A stretch of 64,000 nt of DNA from Tepidisphaera sp. (GCA_050916045.1 CP051526.1:3424001-3488000); one strand, 5' to 3'. Numbered from the stretch's first letter, positions 17,078 through 26,857 are shown. Notes: generated from the sequence alone by a model not told the origin. Program-made: numbers and translations.

Positions 17078-17344
17078 TCACTTCTTCGACGAGTAGTAGT
17101 CCAGGTTGATCTGCACGAACCGGTTCCACTCCGCCGGAAGGTCGTCCTGCGGGAAGATCGCTTTCACCGGACACTCATCGACGCACAGACCGCAGTCGAT
17201 GCAGGTGTCGGGGTCGATGTAAAGCTGGTCGGTCTTGCCGAAGTCCGCCTCGTTCTTCGTCGGGTGGATGCAGTCCACGGGGCACACCTCAACGCACGAG
17301 GTGTCTTTCGTTCCGATGCAGGGCTCAGCGATGATGTGCGGCAT
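17078..17344 (-). CDS. Ferredoxin (7Fe/8Fe FdxA-type)
   Basis: CIGTKDTSCVEVCPVDC...CIDCGLCVDECP. Confidence 0.93.
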   Translation of the reverse strand: MPHIIAEPCIGTKDTSCVEVCPVDCIHPTKNEADFGKTDQLYIDPDTCIDCGLCVDECPVKAIFPQDDLPAEWNRFVQINLDYYSSKK

Positions 17345-17482
17345 GGTCCGGGGGTCTCGATGTCGCCCGCTTCCGGTCGCGGAGGGGCGCAAGCGGTGGC
17401 TGTCGCGGGCCGCCCGACGCGGCATTCGCTTGGCCCATCGTAGAACCCGGGAGCCCGCTCCGCACGCCCCGCCCCCCCGGGG

Positions 17483-19279
17483 TCAGCACCCGGCTTCGAA
17501 CGCCTCGACAAAGGCGTCGTAGTCAAAGAAATCGACGAACCCGTCGGCGTTGAAATCCGGCGTCGTCCCTTCCGGGCACCTCCCGGCTTCGAAACACGCC
17601 GCAAAGGCGTCGTAATCGAAGAAGTCCCCGAATCCGTCCTGGTTGAAGTCCGCAGGGCACGACGCTTGGAACTCCAAGGCTCCGCAGTCCACCGGCTGTG
17701 GCTGCCCTCCGACACCGTCCGGAACGCTGACGTCCTGCCGGGTCCTGTCGCTCCCGGCCAGATCGACGACGACATCCGCCGGGAGCGCCTCGCTCAACCC
17801 CTGATCGATCGCAGGCGAGCCTGCTCGAAGGCCGTAGTCGTCATCAATCGTCCCCGCCACATCGTCGGCTCCGTCAGGGTCGACGAAGTTCGGGTCGGCC
17901 GCGAACACGCCGCTCCCGGGGACCCCGCCCGTCCAGCCCTGGAGCAGCGTGTTGTTCACCCTCACCGTCGGGTTGCCGAACGTCGAGATCCACAAGCCGT
18001 CAAGCTGAGTCTGCCCGCGCCGCCCGGTGTTGTTCCAGATGATGCAGTTGTCGACGCGAAGCTCGCCGCTCGCCACCGCGACCGCTCCCGCCGCTTGCGA
18101 CCCGCCGTTGCCGGCGACCGTGCAGTTCAAAAGTTCAAGTTCAGCGTTGGTCGTGAAGATCGGCGTTCCATCCGCACGAGGATTCGCGATGAACCGATGG
18201 CCGGTGAACAGGCAGTTGATCGCTTGCACACGCGGCCATCCCTCCGCATGGTCGATGCCGCGCACGTAGAGCCCGTCGCCAAGGTCGCCGTTGGCTTGGT
18301 TCGCGATGAACCGCGAATTCCCGATTCGAGCTTCGCCTGCAAAGACCGAGACTCCCCCGCCCCCGTTCGACGCGTTGCGTTCAAACACTGATGAATGCAC
18401 CTCAAGCCCGCCATAGGACAGGATGCCGCCGCCGGAGGTCGCTCCGATCATCCCCGTATTGGCTCGAAACTGGCAGAAGTCGACGAGGACATCGCCGGGA
18501 AGTGTCGCGATCTGAGCGACGGGGCCGGAATACACCCCAACGCCGCTGCCGCCGATGTTGGCTTGGAAGACGGAATTGCGGAGTTCAAGCGTGCCGCCGT
18601 CGGTCACCGTCGCTCCCGCGCCGTGCGACGTCCCGGTGTTCCCGACGAAAGTGCAGTACTCCGTCGTCACCTGACCGCGCTGGATGAACACCCCGCCGCC
18701 CGACCGCGCGTAGTTGCCCTCAAGAACACAGCCCACCAGCGCGAGGACCGCGTCGGTCGCAAGCACGCCCGCGCCGTCGTCGCGAGCAACCTGGTTCGAA
18801 GGTCCGTAGTCCCGCGCGTTGCCCGCTCGGATCGTCACGCCGTCGATCACCGTCCCGTGCGAGGTCCCGCTCACGATCACGACGTGAGCGCTGTTGTCCG
18901 AGCCGGGCCCGCTCGCGCCGTCGTTTTCGGACAGATCGCCCGAGAGAATCGTCCGGTTGACGACCTGATTCCGCTGGTTGAGCGAGCTCTCATTGCCGAC
19001 AAAGCCGCCGATCAGCCGGACCTCGCTGGGAAGCACAAATCCCGCTTCTCGCGATCCCCCCGGGGGTGCGGGCGTGTACGTTCCCTGACTGACCCATACC
19101 TCCGTTCCCGGAAGTGCCGATGCGAGCGCCGTTCGCAACCCCTCGCTCCCGCGATACGCGTTCGCCCACGAGGTCCCGTTGTTCAAGCCAGTCGTGAGGT
19201 TCGCGCGAACATACACCACATCCGCCATCGCGGACGAAACCAAGCCGAGAACGACACCGCCGATCCAGCATGTGCGCAT
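17483..19279 (-). CDS. Secreted parallel beta-helix protein with C-terminal GC-type dockerin-like domain
   Basis: Signal peptide; GTSWANAY, repeated FxxNxA/GGG units, SPAIDQG...DCGALE; C-terminus DFNQDG...DFNADGFVDFFDYDAFVEAFEAGC. Confidence 0.8.
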   Translation of the reverse strand: MRTCWIGGVVLGLVSSAMADVVYVRANLTTGLNNGTSWANAYRGSEGLRTALASALPGTEVWVSQGTYTPAPPGGSREAGFVLPSEVRLIGGFVGNESSLNQRNQVVNRTILSGDLSENDGASGPGSDNSAHVVIVSGTSHGTVIDGVTIRAGNARDYGPSNQVARDDGAGVLATDAVLALVGCVLEGNYARSGGGVFIQRGQVTTEYCTFVGNTGTSHGAGATVTDGGTLELRNSVFQANIGGSGVGVYSGPVAQIATLPGDVLVDFCQFRANTGMIGATSGGGILSYGGLEVHSSVFERNASNGGGGVSVFAGEARIGNSRFIANQANGDLGDGLYVRGIDHAEGWPRVQAINCLFTGHRFIANPRADGTPIFTTNAELELLNCTVAGNGGSQAAGAVAVASGELRVDNCIIWNNTGRRGQTQLDGLWISTFGNPTVRVNNTLLQGWTGGVPGSGVFAADPNFVDPDGADDVAGTIDDDYGLRAGSPAIDQGLSEALPADVVVDLAGSDRTRQDVSVPDGVGGQPQPVDCGALEFQASCPADFNQDGFGDFFDYDAFAACFEAGRCPEGTTPDFNADGFVDFFDYDAFVEAFEAGC

Positions 19280-19370
19280 GAGAATCCCTCCAACGGAGCG
19301 TTCCGCGAGAGAATCCGCGTGCACGCTCAGAGAAAGATGTCACCACTCGCCACACGGATTGCGTCGTCAC

Positions 19371-22300
19371 TCAGCAGCCGGTCTCGAACGCGGTCACGAA
19401 GCCGTCATAATCAAAGAAGTCGATGAACCCGTCGGCGTTGAAATCGCCAAGGGAAGTCCCGGTCTCGAACGCCGTGACGAAGTCGCCGTAGTCGAAGAAG
19501 TCGATGAACAGGTCGCCATTGGCATCCACCGACCCCGGTCCCCCGGGGAAACTCGCCGGATTCGATCCGTCGGTGCAAACTCGCCGCTCATCCGCGTCCA
19601 ACCAGCCGTCCCCGTCCCGGTCCACGCCCATCCGTTCCTCCGTGCCCCGGACCACGGCGGTCAGGGTCAGAGGCCGCGCGAGCGTCCCCGACGCGATCAG
19701 CGTCGCGTGGGTGACCGTCACGCCCTGCGTGTCCGTGCGCCAGACATTGCCGCCCGCGTACGCGTACCCGCTCACGAGGCCCGTGCCGTCGGGCTGCTTG
19801 ATGATCAGCCCGAGCTTGTTCGCGTTCGCAAGCGTCAGAAGCGTCGCGATCGTGGTGGCGGGCGTGCCAGAAGGGGCGCCGGTCAGCGTGACCTGCGTCC
19901 CCACGGCCGTCGGCGTGTCCAGGCTCGGCTCGCCCGGCGGTTCAAGCGGATTGTTCACCGATCCCTGCGGAAGTTCCGATCCGGTGATCGAGAGAATCAG
20001 CGCCGTGATGTCCGCGACCTCCTGATCGCTGTTCACGTTGAACGCGGGTTCGGAGATGAACCGCTCAAGCGAGTCGACCGATCCGTCGTGCAGATACCCG
20101 AATCCCGCGGTGTTGCGGGTCTGCGTGGTGTTGAACCCAACCTTCTTGTACGCGTTGCGGAACTGGGGCACCTTGATCGCCCGGTTGGTGGACCCATCGA
20201 CCGACACAAGAGAAAGGTGCTTCTCGCCGTGCGGGCCCGCCGGAAGGCGCTGGTAGACCCCGTTCACGAGCGTGTAATCCGTCCCCGCGCCGGTCGGAAG
20301 CGTGTGGCACGTCACGCACGCGAAGGCGCCGCGGTCCAGCCGCCGGGCCGTCGAGCGGTACACGCTCAGGCCTCGCACCGCGCTCCCCGCCGGAAGCGGC
20401 GTGCCCGCGTTCCCGAACCGGCCCGTCCGAAAGTGTCCCGGAAGCGGAAGATTGGTCGGAAGCGTGTTGTCCAGGTTGCGGTACGGGTTGGGCGGGTACG
20501 CGATGGTCGCGAGGAAATCCTCGAACTCCTGCATCTCGGTGGTGGAAAGCGTCGTGGCGTTGCCCTGAAGCCCCATGAACGCCGGCGCAAACGCTTCGAT
20601 TCCGCTCCGATCACCGCGCCAGTGGTGCGGCTCATGCCCGATGATGTCCTGCATCGTCTGCGTCGTCATCGGGCCCTTCATTGGATGGAACGGCGCGAAC
20701 CCGGGGTTCGCCGTCGCGGGGTTCAAGCCCGGAAGCCCCTGGCCGAGGTTGTTGCCGGTCAGCGGCTCGCTGTTACCCGAGGGATCGCCCAGATCCCACG
20801 CCAAGCGATCCATCTTCCCATCCACGTGGCAGCTCGCGCACGAGACGTGGCCGAGCCCGCTGTTGCGGTGGGTGTCGTAGAGGTGCTTGCGCCCGACCTT
20901 GATCGACGGCGGCGTCGGGTCAAACAGAGCGGACTGCGCCGCGACCGGTCCAAGCGAGCCGGACGAGACATCCACCGCCGTCACCGTCGCCGCGAACTTG
21001 CTCATGACGTAAAGCAGCCCGCGTGATTCATCCAGAGCCACGCCCGTCGGCCCTTCGGGGACTTCCACGCGAGAAAGAACCGCGCCCGTCACCGCGTCCA
21101 ACTCGATCACGTTGTTCGACCCCATCCCGGCGACATAGGCCCGCGAGCCGTCGCTTGTGAACACGACGCCGCGCGGATCGCCGATCGACTGGTGCCGGAT
21201 GTTGGCGGGCACGCTCGAGGTCGAATAGTCCAGGTGCGGGTTCAGGTCGCTCACCGACACCGCCCCGCCGTTCCCGGGCATCGTCGCCATGTTGACCCGC
21301 AGAAAGACGCCCTTAAGCACCGGCTCGAACCGGACGTGGTTCAAAGCATCGGTGCCGACAACCGAGACCTCGCCCGTCGCCGGATTCACACCCATCGCCA
21401 TGCAGATGTTCATCATCCCGCCCGTGTACGACACCGCGAGGTTGCTCGCGTTGATCGTCGCGACGTCATGATCGAGCAGGTCCCACCCCGGCCGCCGCCC
21501 GGACCTCGAAGCACTCGCGCCGCTGACCAGACTCGTCCAGTCCTGGCCGTTGTCATCGCGCCACGTCCCATCGGGTTGCTTCTTCACGATCAGACCGACG
21601 GCCGGCGGGGTCCCTGCCGCCGTGTTTCTCGGGGGGTTGAACCCGGCTCCGTCATTCGGCGGCGGATTCACGCCCCCGTAGGGCCCTGTGGCGTCGTTCA
21701 CCACATTCGGCGGAAAGCTGATCACCGGCGTCCCGTCACTGCCGCCGCCCAGGATCGTCGTGCCGTTCCCGGACTCGAACATCGCGACGTACACCTTCGT
21801 TCCGTCCGGGCTCACGGCCATCGCACGCGGCGTGTTGCCCTCGAGCGTGACCACCGTCGCGCCGGCGCTGAGGTTCGACAGGTCAAAGACGTGCACCTGG
21901 CCCGCCGTGCCGCACGAGACGAAAGCCCGCCCGCCCGCAAACACGACATCTCCCGGCTCATCGCCGACCTTCAGCGTGTTGACGACGCTCGCGGTCGAGA
22001 GATCCACGATGCTCACCGTGTCCGACAGGTGGTTGACCACCCAGACCTCCGTCGACGACCGCGCCCGCACGCTCACCGGATCCAACCCGACCGGCACCGT
22101 GCCCGCGTGGACCGGGCCCGTAGGACCCAGGTCAAAGAGCTCAATCGAAGCGTCCGCTGTATTGACCACCACCATTCCCTCGCCGCCGGGCATGATCTCG
22201 ATCGGATGGACGTGCGGCGTCTCCCAGTTGCGGAATGCCGGCCCGCCTCGGGGTTCGAACCCGCCGCCATCCGAGCCCTCCGCCACACCGGAACCGACCG

Positions 22301-22418
22301 GCTCCAGATCGTGCCGGTCCGGGCCCATGCCAAGCTGCGAAGCCGCCAGCGCCGCTCCGGCCGCAAGCACCAACCGAGACACGACCGCTTCCGAAACGAC
22401 CCCTCGCACGATCTTCAT
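19371..22418 (-). CDS. Secreted YVTN-type beta-propeller fused to a di-heme cytochrome c peroxidase/MauG-like domain, with GC-type dockerin
   Basis: Propeller repeats (VPVGLDP, VWVVNHLSDTVSIVD, VGDEP); two CxxCH (CASCH, CVTCH); KVPQFRN..GYLHDGS; DRDGDG; ends FDYDGFVTAFETGC. Confidence 0.8.
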   Translation of the reverse strand: MKIVRGVVSEAVVSRLVLAAGAALAASQLGMGPDRHDLEPVGSGVAEGSDGGGFEPRGGPAFRNWETPHVHPIEIMPGGEGMVVVNTADASIELFDLGPTGPVHAGTVPVGLDPVSVRARSSTEVWVVNHLSDTVSIVDLSTASVVNTLKVGDEPGDVVFAGGRAFVSCGTAGQVHVFDLSNLSAGATVVTLEGNTPRAMAVSPDGTKVYVAMFESGNGTTILGGGSDGTPVISFPPNVVNDATGPYGGVNPPPNDGAGFNPPRNTAAGTPPAVGLIVKKQPDGTWRDDNGQDWTSLVSGASASRSGRRPGWDLLDHDVATINASNLAVSYTGGMMNICMAMGVNPATGEVSVVGTDALNHVRFEPVLKGVFLRVNMATMPGNGGAVSVSDLNPHLDYSTSSVPANIRHQSIGDPRGVVFTSDGSRAYVAGMGSNNVIELDAVTGAVLSRVEVPEGPTGVALDESRGLLYVMSKFAATVTAVDVSSGSLGPVAAQSALFDPTPPSIKVGRKHLYDTHRNSGLGHVSCASCHVDGKMDRLAWDLGDPSGNSEPLTGNNLGQGLPGLNPATANPGFAPFHPMKGPMTTQTMQDIIGHEPHHWRGDRSGIEAFAPAFMGLQGNATTLSTTEMQEFEDFLATIAYPPNPYRNLDNTLPTNLPLPGHFRTGRFGNAGTPLPAGSAVRGLSVYRSTARRLDRGAFACVTCHTLPTGAGTDYTLVNGVYQRLPAGPHGEKHLSLVSVDGSTNRAIKVPQFRNAYKKVGFNTTQTRNTAGFGYLHDGSVDSLERFISEPAFNVNSDQEVADITALILSITGSELPQGSVNNPLEPPGEPSLDTPTAVGTQVTLTGAPSGTPATTIATLLTLANANKLGLIIKQPDGTGLVSGYAYAGGNVWRTDTQGVTVTHATLIASGTLARPLTLTAVVRGTEERMGVDRDGDGWLDADERRVCTDGSNPASFPGGPGSVDANGDLFIDFFDYGDFVTAFETGTSLGDFNADGFIDFFDYDGFVTAFETGC

Positions 22419-22613
22419 GGCTTGCTCTCCGTGGCCGCGATGACGGCTTCTCAGTTCTGACCGCTTCGCCGGCCGCTCAGAATACTGGACGGCAGGCCGC
22501 CGGGGTGCGACATCTCGCCGTTCTGGAAGCGGTCTGCCCTCCTTCCTCCGGTTTCCGCCCAGCCGATTTCTCGCACCAAGCCATTCTCGCCGAAGCCGCG
22601 CTCAGAACGCGCC

Positions 22614-22656
22614 AAAAAAAAACGACGGGCCCGAATCGCAAGATCCGAACCCGCCG
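22614..22656 (-). terminator. Strong intrinsic terminator
   Basis: Minus strand: cggcgggttcggatc-ttgc-gattcgggcccgtcg then T9 (15-bp stem including G-U pairs). Confidence 0.8.
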
Positions 22657-22779
22657 GTGGTGTAGAACAAAGGATGGAGCCCCGACACGGCCATTACGAT
22701 GGCCGAGAGAGGCGCAGGTCAAGTCGGACGCCATATCTCCGAGGGCGCAGGGCCCCCGCGCTTCCGCCTGATTCCGCAC
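22614..22779 (-). ncRNA. Candidate structured small RNA (unassigned family)
   Basis: TGgCATATT extended -10-like box at 22783-22791; 5' and 3' arms pair; internal hairpins; own terminator. Confidence 0.4.
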
Positions 22780-22978
22780 TCCAATATGCCACACGTTTCC
22801 TGCTTTGCCCACCCGTCACAGGCAGGAATCTTGTTTCACGCCGCAAATCTCGCGCGATTTCGAGGGTCAACTCCTAGAATCGGCAGTTACTCGGACCAGC
22901 CGACCCGTCCTTCGGCCGCTCTCGGGGCCAGCCGAGCTCCGGCCTGACCGAACATCACCCTTATTTCGGAGTCTGATG

Positions 22979-24127
22979 ATGCCCGACGCCACGTTCCCGA
23001 CCCAGTACGCCCCCATCAAGCCCTCAACCGACGTCCGCGCCGCCCTCGGCAAGGATGCCGACGCCCTCCTCAACTACGAGTCCAAGACCGTCAGCAAGAA
23101 CCAGCTTTACCTCCCCGGGCCGGACTTTGTGGACCGGGTCATGAGCCAGTCGGACCGGTCCCCCACCGTCCTCCGCAATTATCAGACCATCCTGAACACC
23201 GGCCGGCTCGCCGGCACGGGATACGTCTCCATCCTGCCGGTCGACCAGGGGATCGAGCACTCCGCCGGGGCTTCGTTCGCTCCGAACCCGGCGTACTTCG
23301 ACCCCGAGCAGATCGTCAAGCTGGCCATCGAGGGCGGGTGCAACGCGGTGGCGTCGACCATGGGTGTCTTGGCTTCGGTCAGCCGCAAGTACGCTCACAA
23401 GATCCCGTTCCTGGTCAAGTTCAACCACAACGAGATGCTGACGTACCCGAACGTCTTCAAGCAGTCGTACTTTGGCAGCATCCGCCAGTGCGCCGAGATG
23501 GGCGCCCTCGCCGTCGGAGCCACGATCTACTTCGGCAACGATTCCTGCCGCGATGAGATCGCGTACGTCTCGGACATGTTCGAGGAAGCCCACCAGTACG
23601 GCATGGTCACGGTCCTCTGGTGCTACACCCGCAACGCCAACTTCAAGGTAAAGGGCGCGGACGGCAAGAGCACCGACTACCACTCCTCCGCCGACCTCAC
23701 CGGCCAGGCCAACCACATGGGCGCGACGATCAAGGCCGACATCATCAAGCAGAAGCTCCCCACCAACAACGGCGGGTACGCGGCTCTCAACTCCGGCGGC
23801 TCCTCCTACGGCAAGTGGGACAAGCGCGTGTACACCGACCTCGCCGGCAGCGATGAAACCGGCCACGGCGGCCACCCGATTGACCTCTGCCGGTACCAGA
23901 TCCTCAACAACTACATGGGCCGCGTGCCGCTGATCAATTCCGGCGGCGAGAGCAAGGGCGCGACCGACCTGGGCGAAGCCGTCCACACCGCTGTCATCAA
24001 CAAGCGGGCTGGCGGCATGGGCCTCATCTCCGGCCGCAAAGCTTTCCAGAAGCCGATGCCCGAGGGCGTCAAGCTTCTGCACGCCGTGCAGGATGTCTAC
24101 CTCGACAAGTCGATCACGATCGCCTGA
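22979..24127 (+). CDS. fbaB: Class I fructose-bisphosphate aldolase (DhnA/FbaB)
   Basis: [53 protein letters not shown] ggag. Confidence 0.95.
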   Translation: MPDATFPTQYAPIKPSTDVRAALGKDADALLNYESKTVSKNQLYLPGPDFVDRVMSQSDRSPTVLRNYQTILNTGRLAGTGYVSILPVDQGIEHSAGASFAPNPAYFDPEQIVKLAIEGGCNAVASTMGVLASVSRKYAHKIPFLVKFNHNEMLTYPNVFKQSYFGSIRQCAEMGALAVGATIYFGNDSCRDEIAYVSDMFEEAHQYGMVTVLWCYTRNANFKVKGADGKSTDYHSSADLTGQANHMGATIKADIIKQKLPTNNGGYAALNSGGSSYGKWDKRVYTDLAGSDETGHGGHPIDLCRYQILNNYMGRVPLINSGGESKGATDLGEAVHTAVINKRAGGMGLISGRKAFQKPMPEGVKLLHAVQDVYLDKSITIA

Positions 24128-24170
24128 ACCAAGCCCGGGTCCAGCCTGGCCGGTCGTCCGAATTCTTCAC

Positions 24171-24200
24171 AGAGCCCCGCGCGTGCGCGGGGCTCTTTTG
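24171..24200 (+). terminator. Intrinsic terminator after fbaB
   Basis: agagccccgcg-cgtg-cgcggggctct followed by TTT. Confidence 0.85.
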
Positions 24201-24227
24201 CTTGTGCGCACGTGGTAGACTCCAGCG

Positions 24228-24989
24228 ATGCCACCCACCACTCAACGAGTACGCGTTCTTGTCGGAAAGGACTCGGCCAGCGGCAGCCTCGTCCCGATCA
24301 AGCCGCGGATCACCGCCCACGCCGAGTGTGTCGCTTGGATCGACGATTCCAAGGAACTGCGACGAGAGCCGCTCACGGTCGAGATCTCCGTGCCCAGGGA
24401 GCAGTATGGCAAGGTCTGCGGGATGCTCGCATTCTTCCATGCCGCGGAAGTCACCGGCCGGCTCACGCGCCGCGGAAGCAAACACGTCTTCAAGGCGACA
24501 GACGTCAAGCCACGCTCGTTGAACGCCGCGTTCAAACGCGTGCTCGAGGAGATCCGCCCTCTCCCAGTCATCGAGGATGAGTCCTTCGGCAAGCTGAAGT
24601 TCAACTCGCTTTTGAACCTGTACACCAAGCGGGTCCGTTTCGGGGGCGAGCCCATCCCGCTCGAGATTGAGGCGTACTCGCGGGACGAAGCGGCGGGGAA
24701 CCTCGTCACCGCGAAGGTGATCCTGAAGGACTCGGCAAAGTGGGCGGCGTGGGTGAAGAAGTTCATCGCGACGACGCTCCTCAAGGAGACCAACGCGACG
24801 TGGCGAGAAGACATGAAGCCGCTGACGGCGGCTCAGCTCGCGAAGCAGGTCTCGCTCCGGAGCATCACGGTGTGCGAGAAGCACATCGCGCTGTACCTCA
24901 CGGCCAAGGGTGAACTCTACGGGGGACATCACGTGCAGCTCTTTGTCTCCGACCGCATGAAGCTCCTCGGCATGGACTTCATCGGCTGA
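24228..24989 (+). CDS. Hypothetical protein, DUF2262-like
   Basis: EDESFGKLKFN...; C-terminal GELYGGHHVQL resembles the DUF2262 consensus as recalled. Confidence 0.5.
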   Translation: MPPTTQRVRVLVGKDSASGSLVPIKPRITAHAECVAWIDDSKELRREPLTVEISVPREQYGKVCGMLAFFHAAEVTGRLTRRGSKHVFKATDVKPRSLNAAFKRVLEEIRPLPVIEDESFGKLKFNSLLNLYTKRVRFGGEPIPLEIEAYSRDEAAGNLVTAKVILKDSAKWAAWVKKFIATTLLKETNATWREDMKPLTAAQLAKQVSLRSITVCEKHIALYLTAKGELYGGHHVQLFVSDRMKLLGMDFIG

Positions 24990-25017
24990 CGGGCGAACGT
25001 GCACAGACCACCCGTCG

Positions 25018-26280
25018 TCACCCTCCCGCTTTGAACGACACGATCGGCTTGAGCGTTCGCGTGACGCGGACCAGATCCCGCTGGGCTTCCATCACCTCGC
25101 GGAGATCGCGGTAGACGGCGGGGGCTTCGTCGCGGAGGGAGCGGGACTTGGTGGTGTCGAAAGCGACACCCGCCATCTGCTGGTGGAGGTCGTCGGCGGT
25201 GACGAGCGACTTGGCTTCGGAGCGGGAGAAGACGCGGCCGGCGCCGTGGGAACTGGAAGCCATGGAGCGGGCTTCGCCGCGGCCTTCGACGTGGACGCTC
25301 ATCGTGCCCGCCGAGCCGGGGATGAGACCCGTGAAGCCCGCGTGGGCGGGAGCGGCTCCCTTGCGGTGCACGATCAGCGGTTTGCTATCGTGCGACTCCT
25401 CGCGGATGAAGTTGTGCGGAGCGTCCAGGACGCCGGCCCAATCCGGCCGCCCGCCGAGGGCGCTCGCGACCGCTTTCGCCGCGACGGCGAGCAGGAGCAT
25501 CCGATTGGCTCGCGCATACGCGACGCCCCACGCTTGATCGTGCAGATAGTCTGTCCCCGCCACCGACGAAGCACGGAGGCCGGTGAGCGAAGCACGCACG
25601 CCGTCCCGCTGTGCTTCACGGGTGTAGTGGCGAGCGATCGCCTGACCCATGAACCGCGAGCCGCTATGAACCATGATCCACACGCGGCCCGCTTCATCAT
25701 GCTGCACCTCGACGAAGTGGTTACCGCGGCCGAGACTGCCGAGCTGCGTCACGCCCTCCCCGCTCGCGAGCTTGCGGAGCGAAGCGTCGGCGAGGTCGCT
25801 CGCATCGGGCGCGATGAACCTCGGTGGAGCCGCATCCTGCCCGCGGCGGCGCATCACGATGTCGATCGACCTGCTCAGTTCGCGGAGGATCTCCGCTCGC
25901 TCGGCGTGTCCGGGCACGGCGACGTCCGTCATCGCGAGCGTGGACATGCCGCAGCCGATATCGCCGCCGATGGCTTGGGGATAGACGACCTCGTCTGTGC
26001 CGAGGACGGTGCCGACACAGACATCCGCCGAGGGATGAACATCGGGCATGACCGCCATTCGTGCGAGGCTCGGCAAGCTTTGGAGCTTGGTGAGGATCTG
26101 GGCGGCTTTGAAGTCCAGGCTGTCGACGAGCCACATCTGAATGCGGCTGTCGGCGCGGAGCGCGTGCTCGAGGGAGGAGGGCGTTCCGATGCGGCGACGC
26201 TTGGCTTCCCGGCGTTCGCGTCGGGGCAGCATGGGATCCTCGAGCGGATCCGTTTCGGGGTTGAAGTCGATCTTTTTCAT
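25018..26280 (-). CDS. rtcB: RtcB family RNA 3'-phosphate/5'-OH ligase
   Basis: MPDVH, GGDIGCGM, GSLGRGNHFVE, HSGSR, HN, HRKGA, IPGS, SSSHGAGR, DEAPAVY. Confidence 0.95.
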   Translation of the reverse strand: MKKIDFNPETDPLEDPMLPRRERREAKRRRIGTPSSLEHALRADSRIQMWLVDSLDFKAAQILTKLQSLPSLARMAVMPDVHPSADVCVGTVLGTDEVVYPQAIGGDIGCGMSTLAMTDVAVPGHAERAEILRELSRSIDIVMRRRGQDAAPPRFIAPDASDLADASLRKLASGEGVTQLGSLGRGNHFVEVQHDEAGRVWIMVHSGSRFMGQAIARHYTREAQRDGVRASLTGLRASSVAGTDYLHDQAWGVAYARANRMLLLAVAAKAVASALGGRPDWAGVLDAPHNFIREESHDSKPLIVHRKGAAPAHAGFTGLIPGSAGTMSVHVEGRGEARSMASSSHGAGRVFSRSEAKSLVTADDLHQQMAGVAFDTTKSRSLRDEAPAVYRDLREVMEAQRDLVRVTRTLKPIVSFKAGG

Positions 26281-26750
26281 CGGTCGAGTCCTTGTTCGTG
26301 TCTTTCTTCATCCGCGCGGATGGGCGGGTCATCCGACTGCAGTCCATCAATCAGCATCAAGGTGAGCGTGGGCACGCGTTTGCGAGCCAGCGCCCGCGCG
26401 AGCGAAGCACGAAGCACGCTCGTCACCGTCGCGAGCCACCGAACGAGCCGGTCCGGATCGCGAGCATTCGAAGCCGCTACCCGCACGCGCAGGTGCGAGC
26501 CCGCTCCGATCACCTCCACGTGCACCACGCCAAGCCCGCACGCGATCGCTGGGCCCATCGAGCACAGGTCGCGCTCGATCACGCGAGCCGCGACCTTCGC
26601 GAGCTGGGCATCGCGATAGCTTGGGCGTTCCATCCGTTCGCGGCGTGCTTCGGCACGCTCGCGGAGTTCATCAAGTCTCGGGTCGAGCCCGTCATCTTCT
26701 TCGAGACGGGCGCAGTGATCGCGCACGTCGTTGTTCCGTCGTCTGGCCAT
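26277..26750 (-). CDS. Divergent ribosome-binding factor A (RbfA)-like protein
   Basis: R..QLA...ARVI, then VVHVEV...HLRVRV, then L......LRASLARAL..KRVPTLTL: RbfA/KH-like pattern. GGAGGA SD; 4-bp ATGA overlap with rtcB. Confidence 0.65.
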   Translation of the reverse strand: MARRRNNDVRDHCARLEEDDGLDPRLDELRERAEARRERMERPSYRDAQLAKVAARVIERDLCSMGPAIACGLGVVHVEVIGAGSHLRVRVAASNARDPDRLVRWLATVTSVLRASLARALARKRVPTLTLMLIDGLQSDDPPIRADEERHEQGLDR

Positions 26751-26756
26751 GGGATC

Positions 26757-26857
26757 CTCCGGCTCAACGCGAGGAGCGACCGGTCTTTCGGCGGCGAGTG
26801 CACGCGGGAAGCCGCGTGCGAGGCGCGAAACGAGAGCCGGAACGCTTGATCAGCGTT
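26757..26857 (-). promoter_or_regulatory. Structured leader predicted to sequester the SD of the RbfA-like gene
   Basis: ttccggctc (26842-26834) pairs with gagccggag (26765-26757, overlapping GGAGGA); internal hairpin gcacgcgg-cttc-ccgcgtgc. Confidence 0.55.

Noticed and set aside
22477..22812. 111-aa minus-strand ORF over the candidate ncRNA
   Set aside because: It runs through a strong terminator with a T9 tract, has no SD and lacks coding-like composition.
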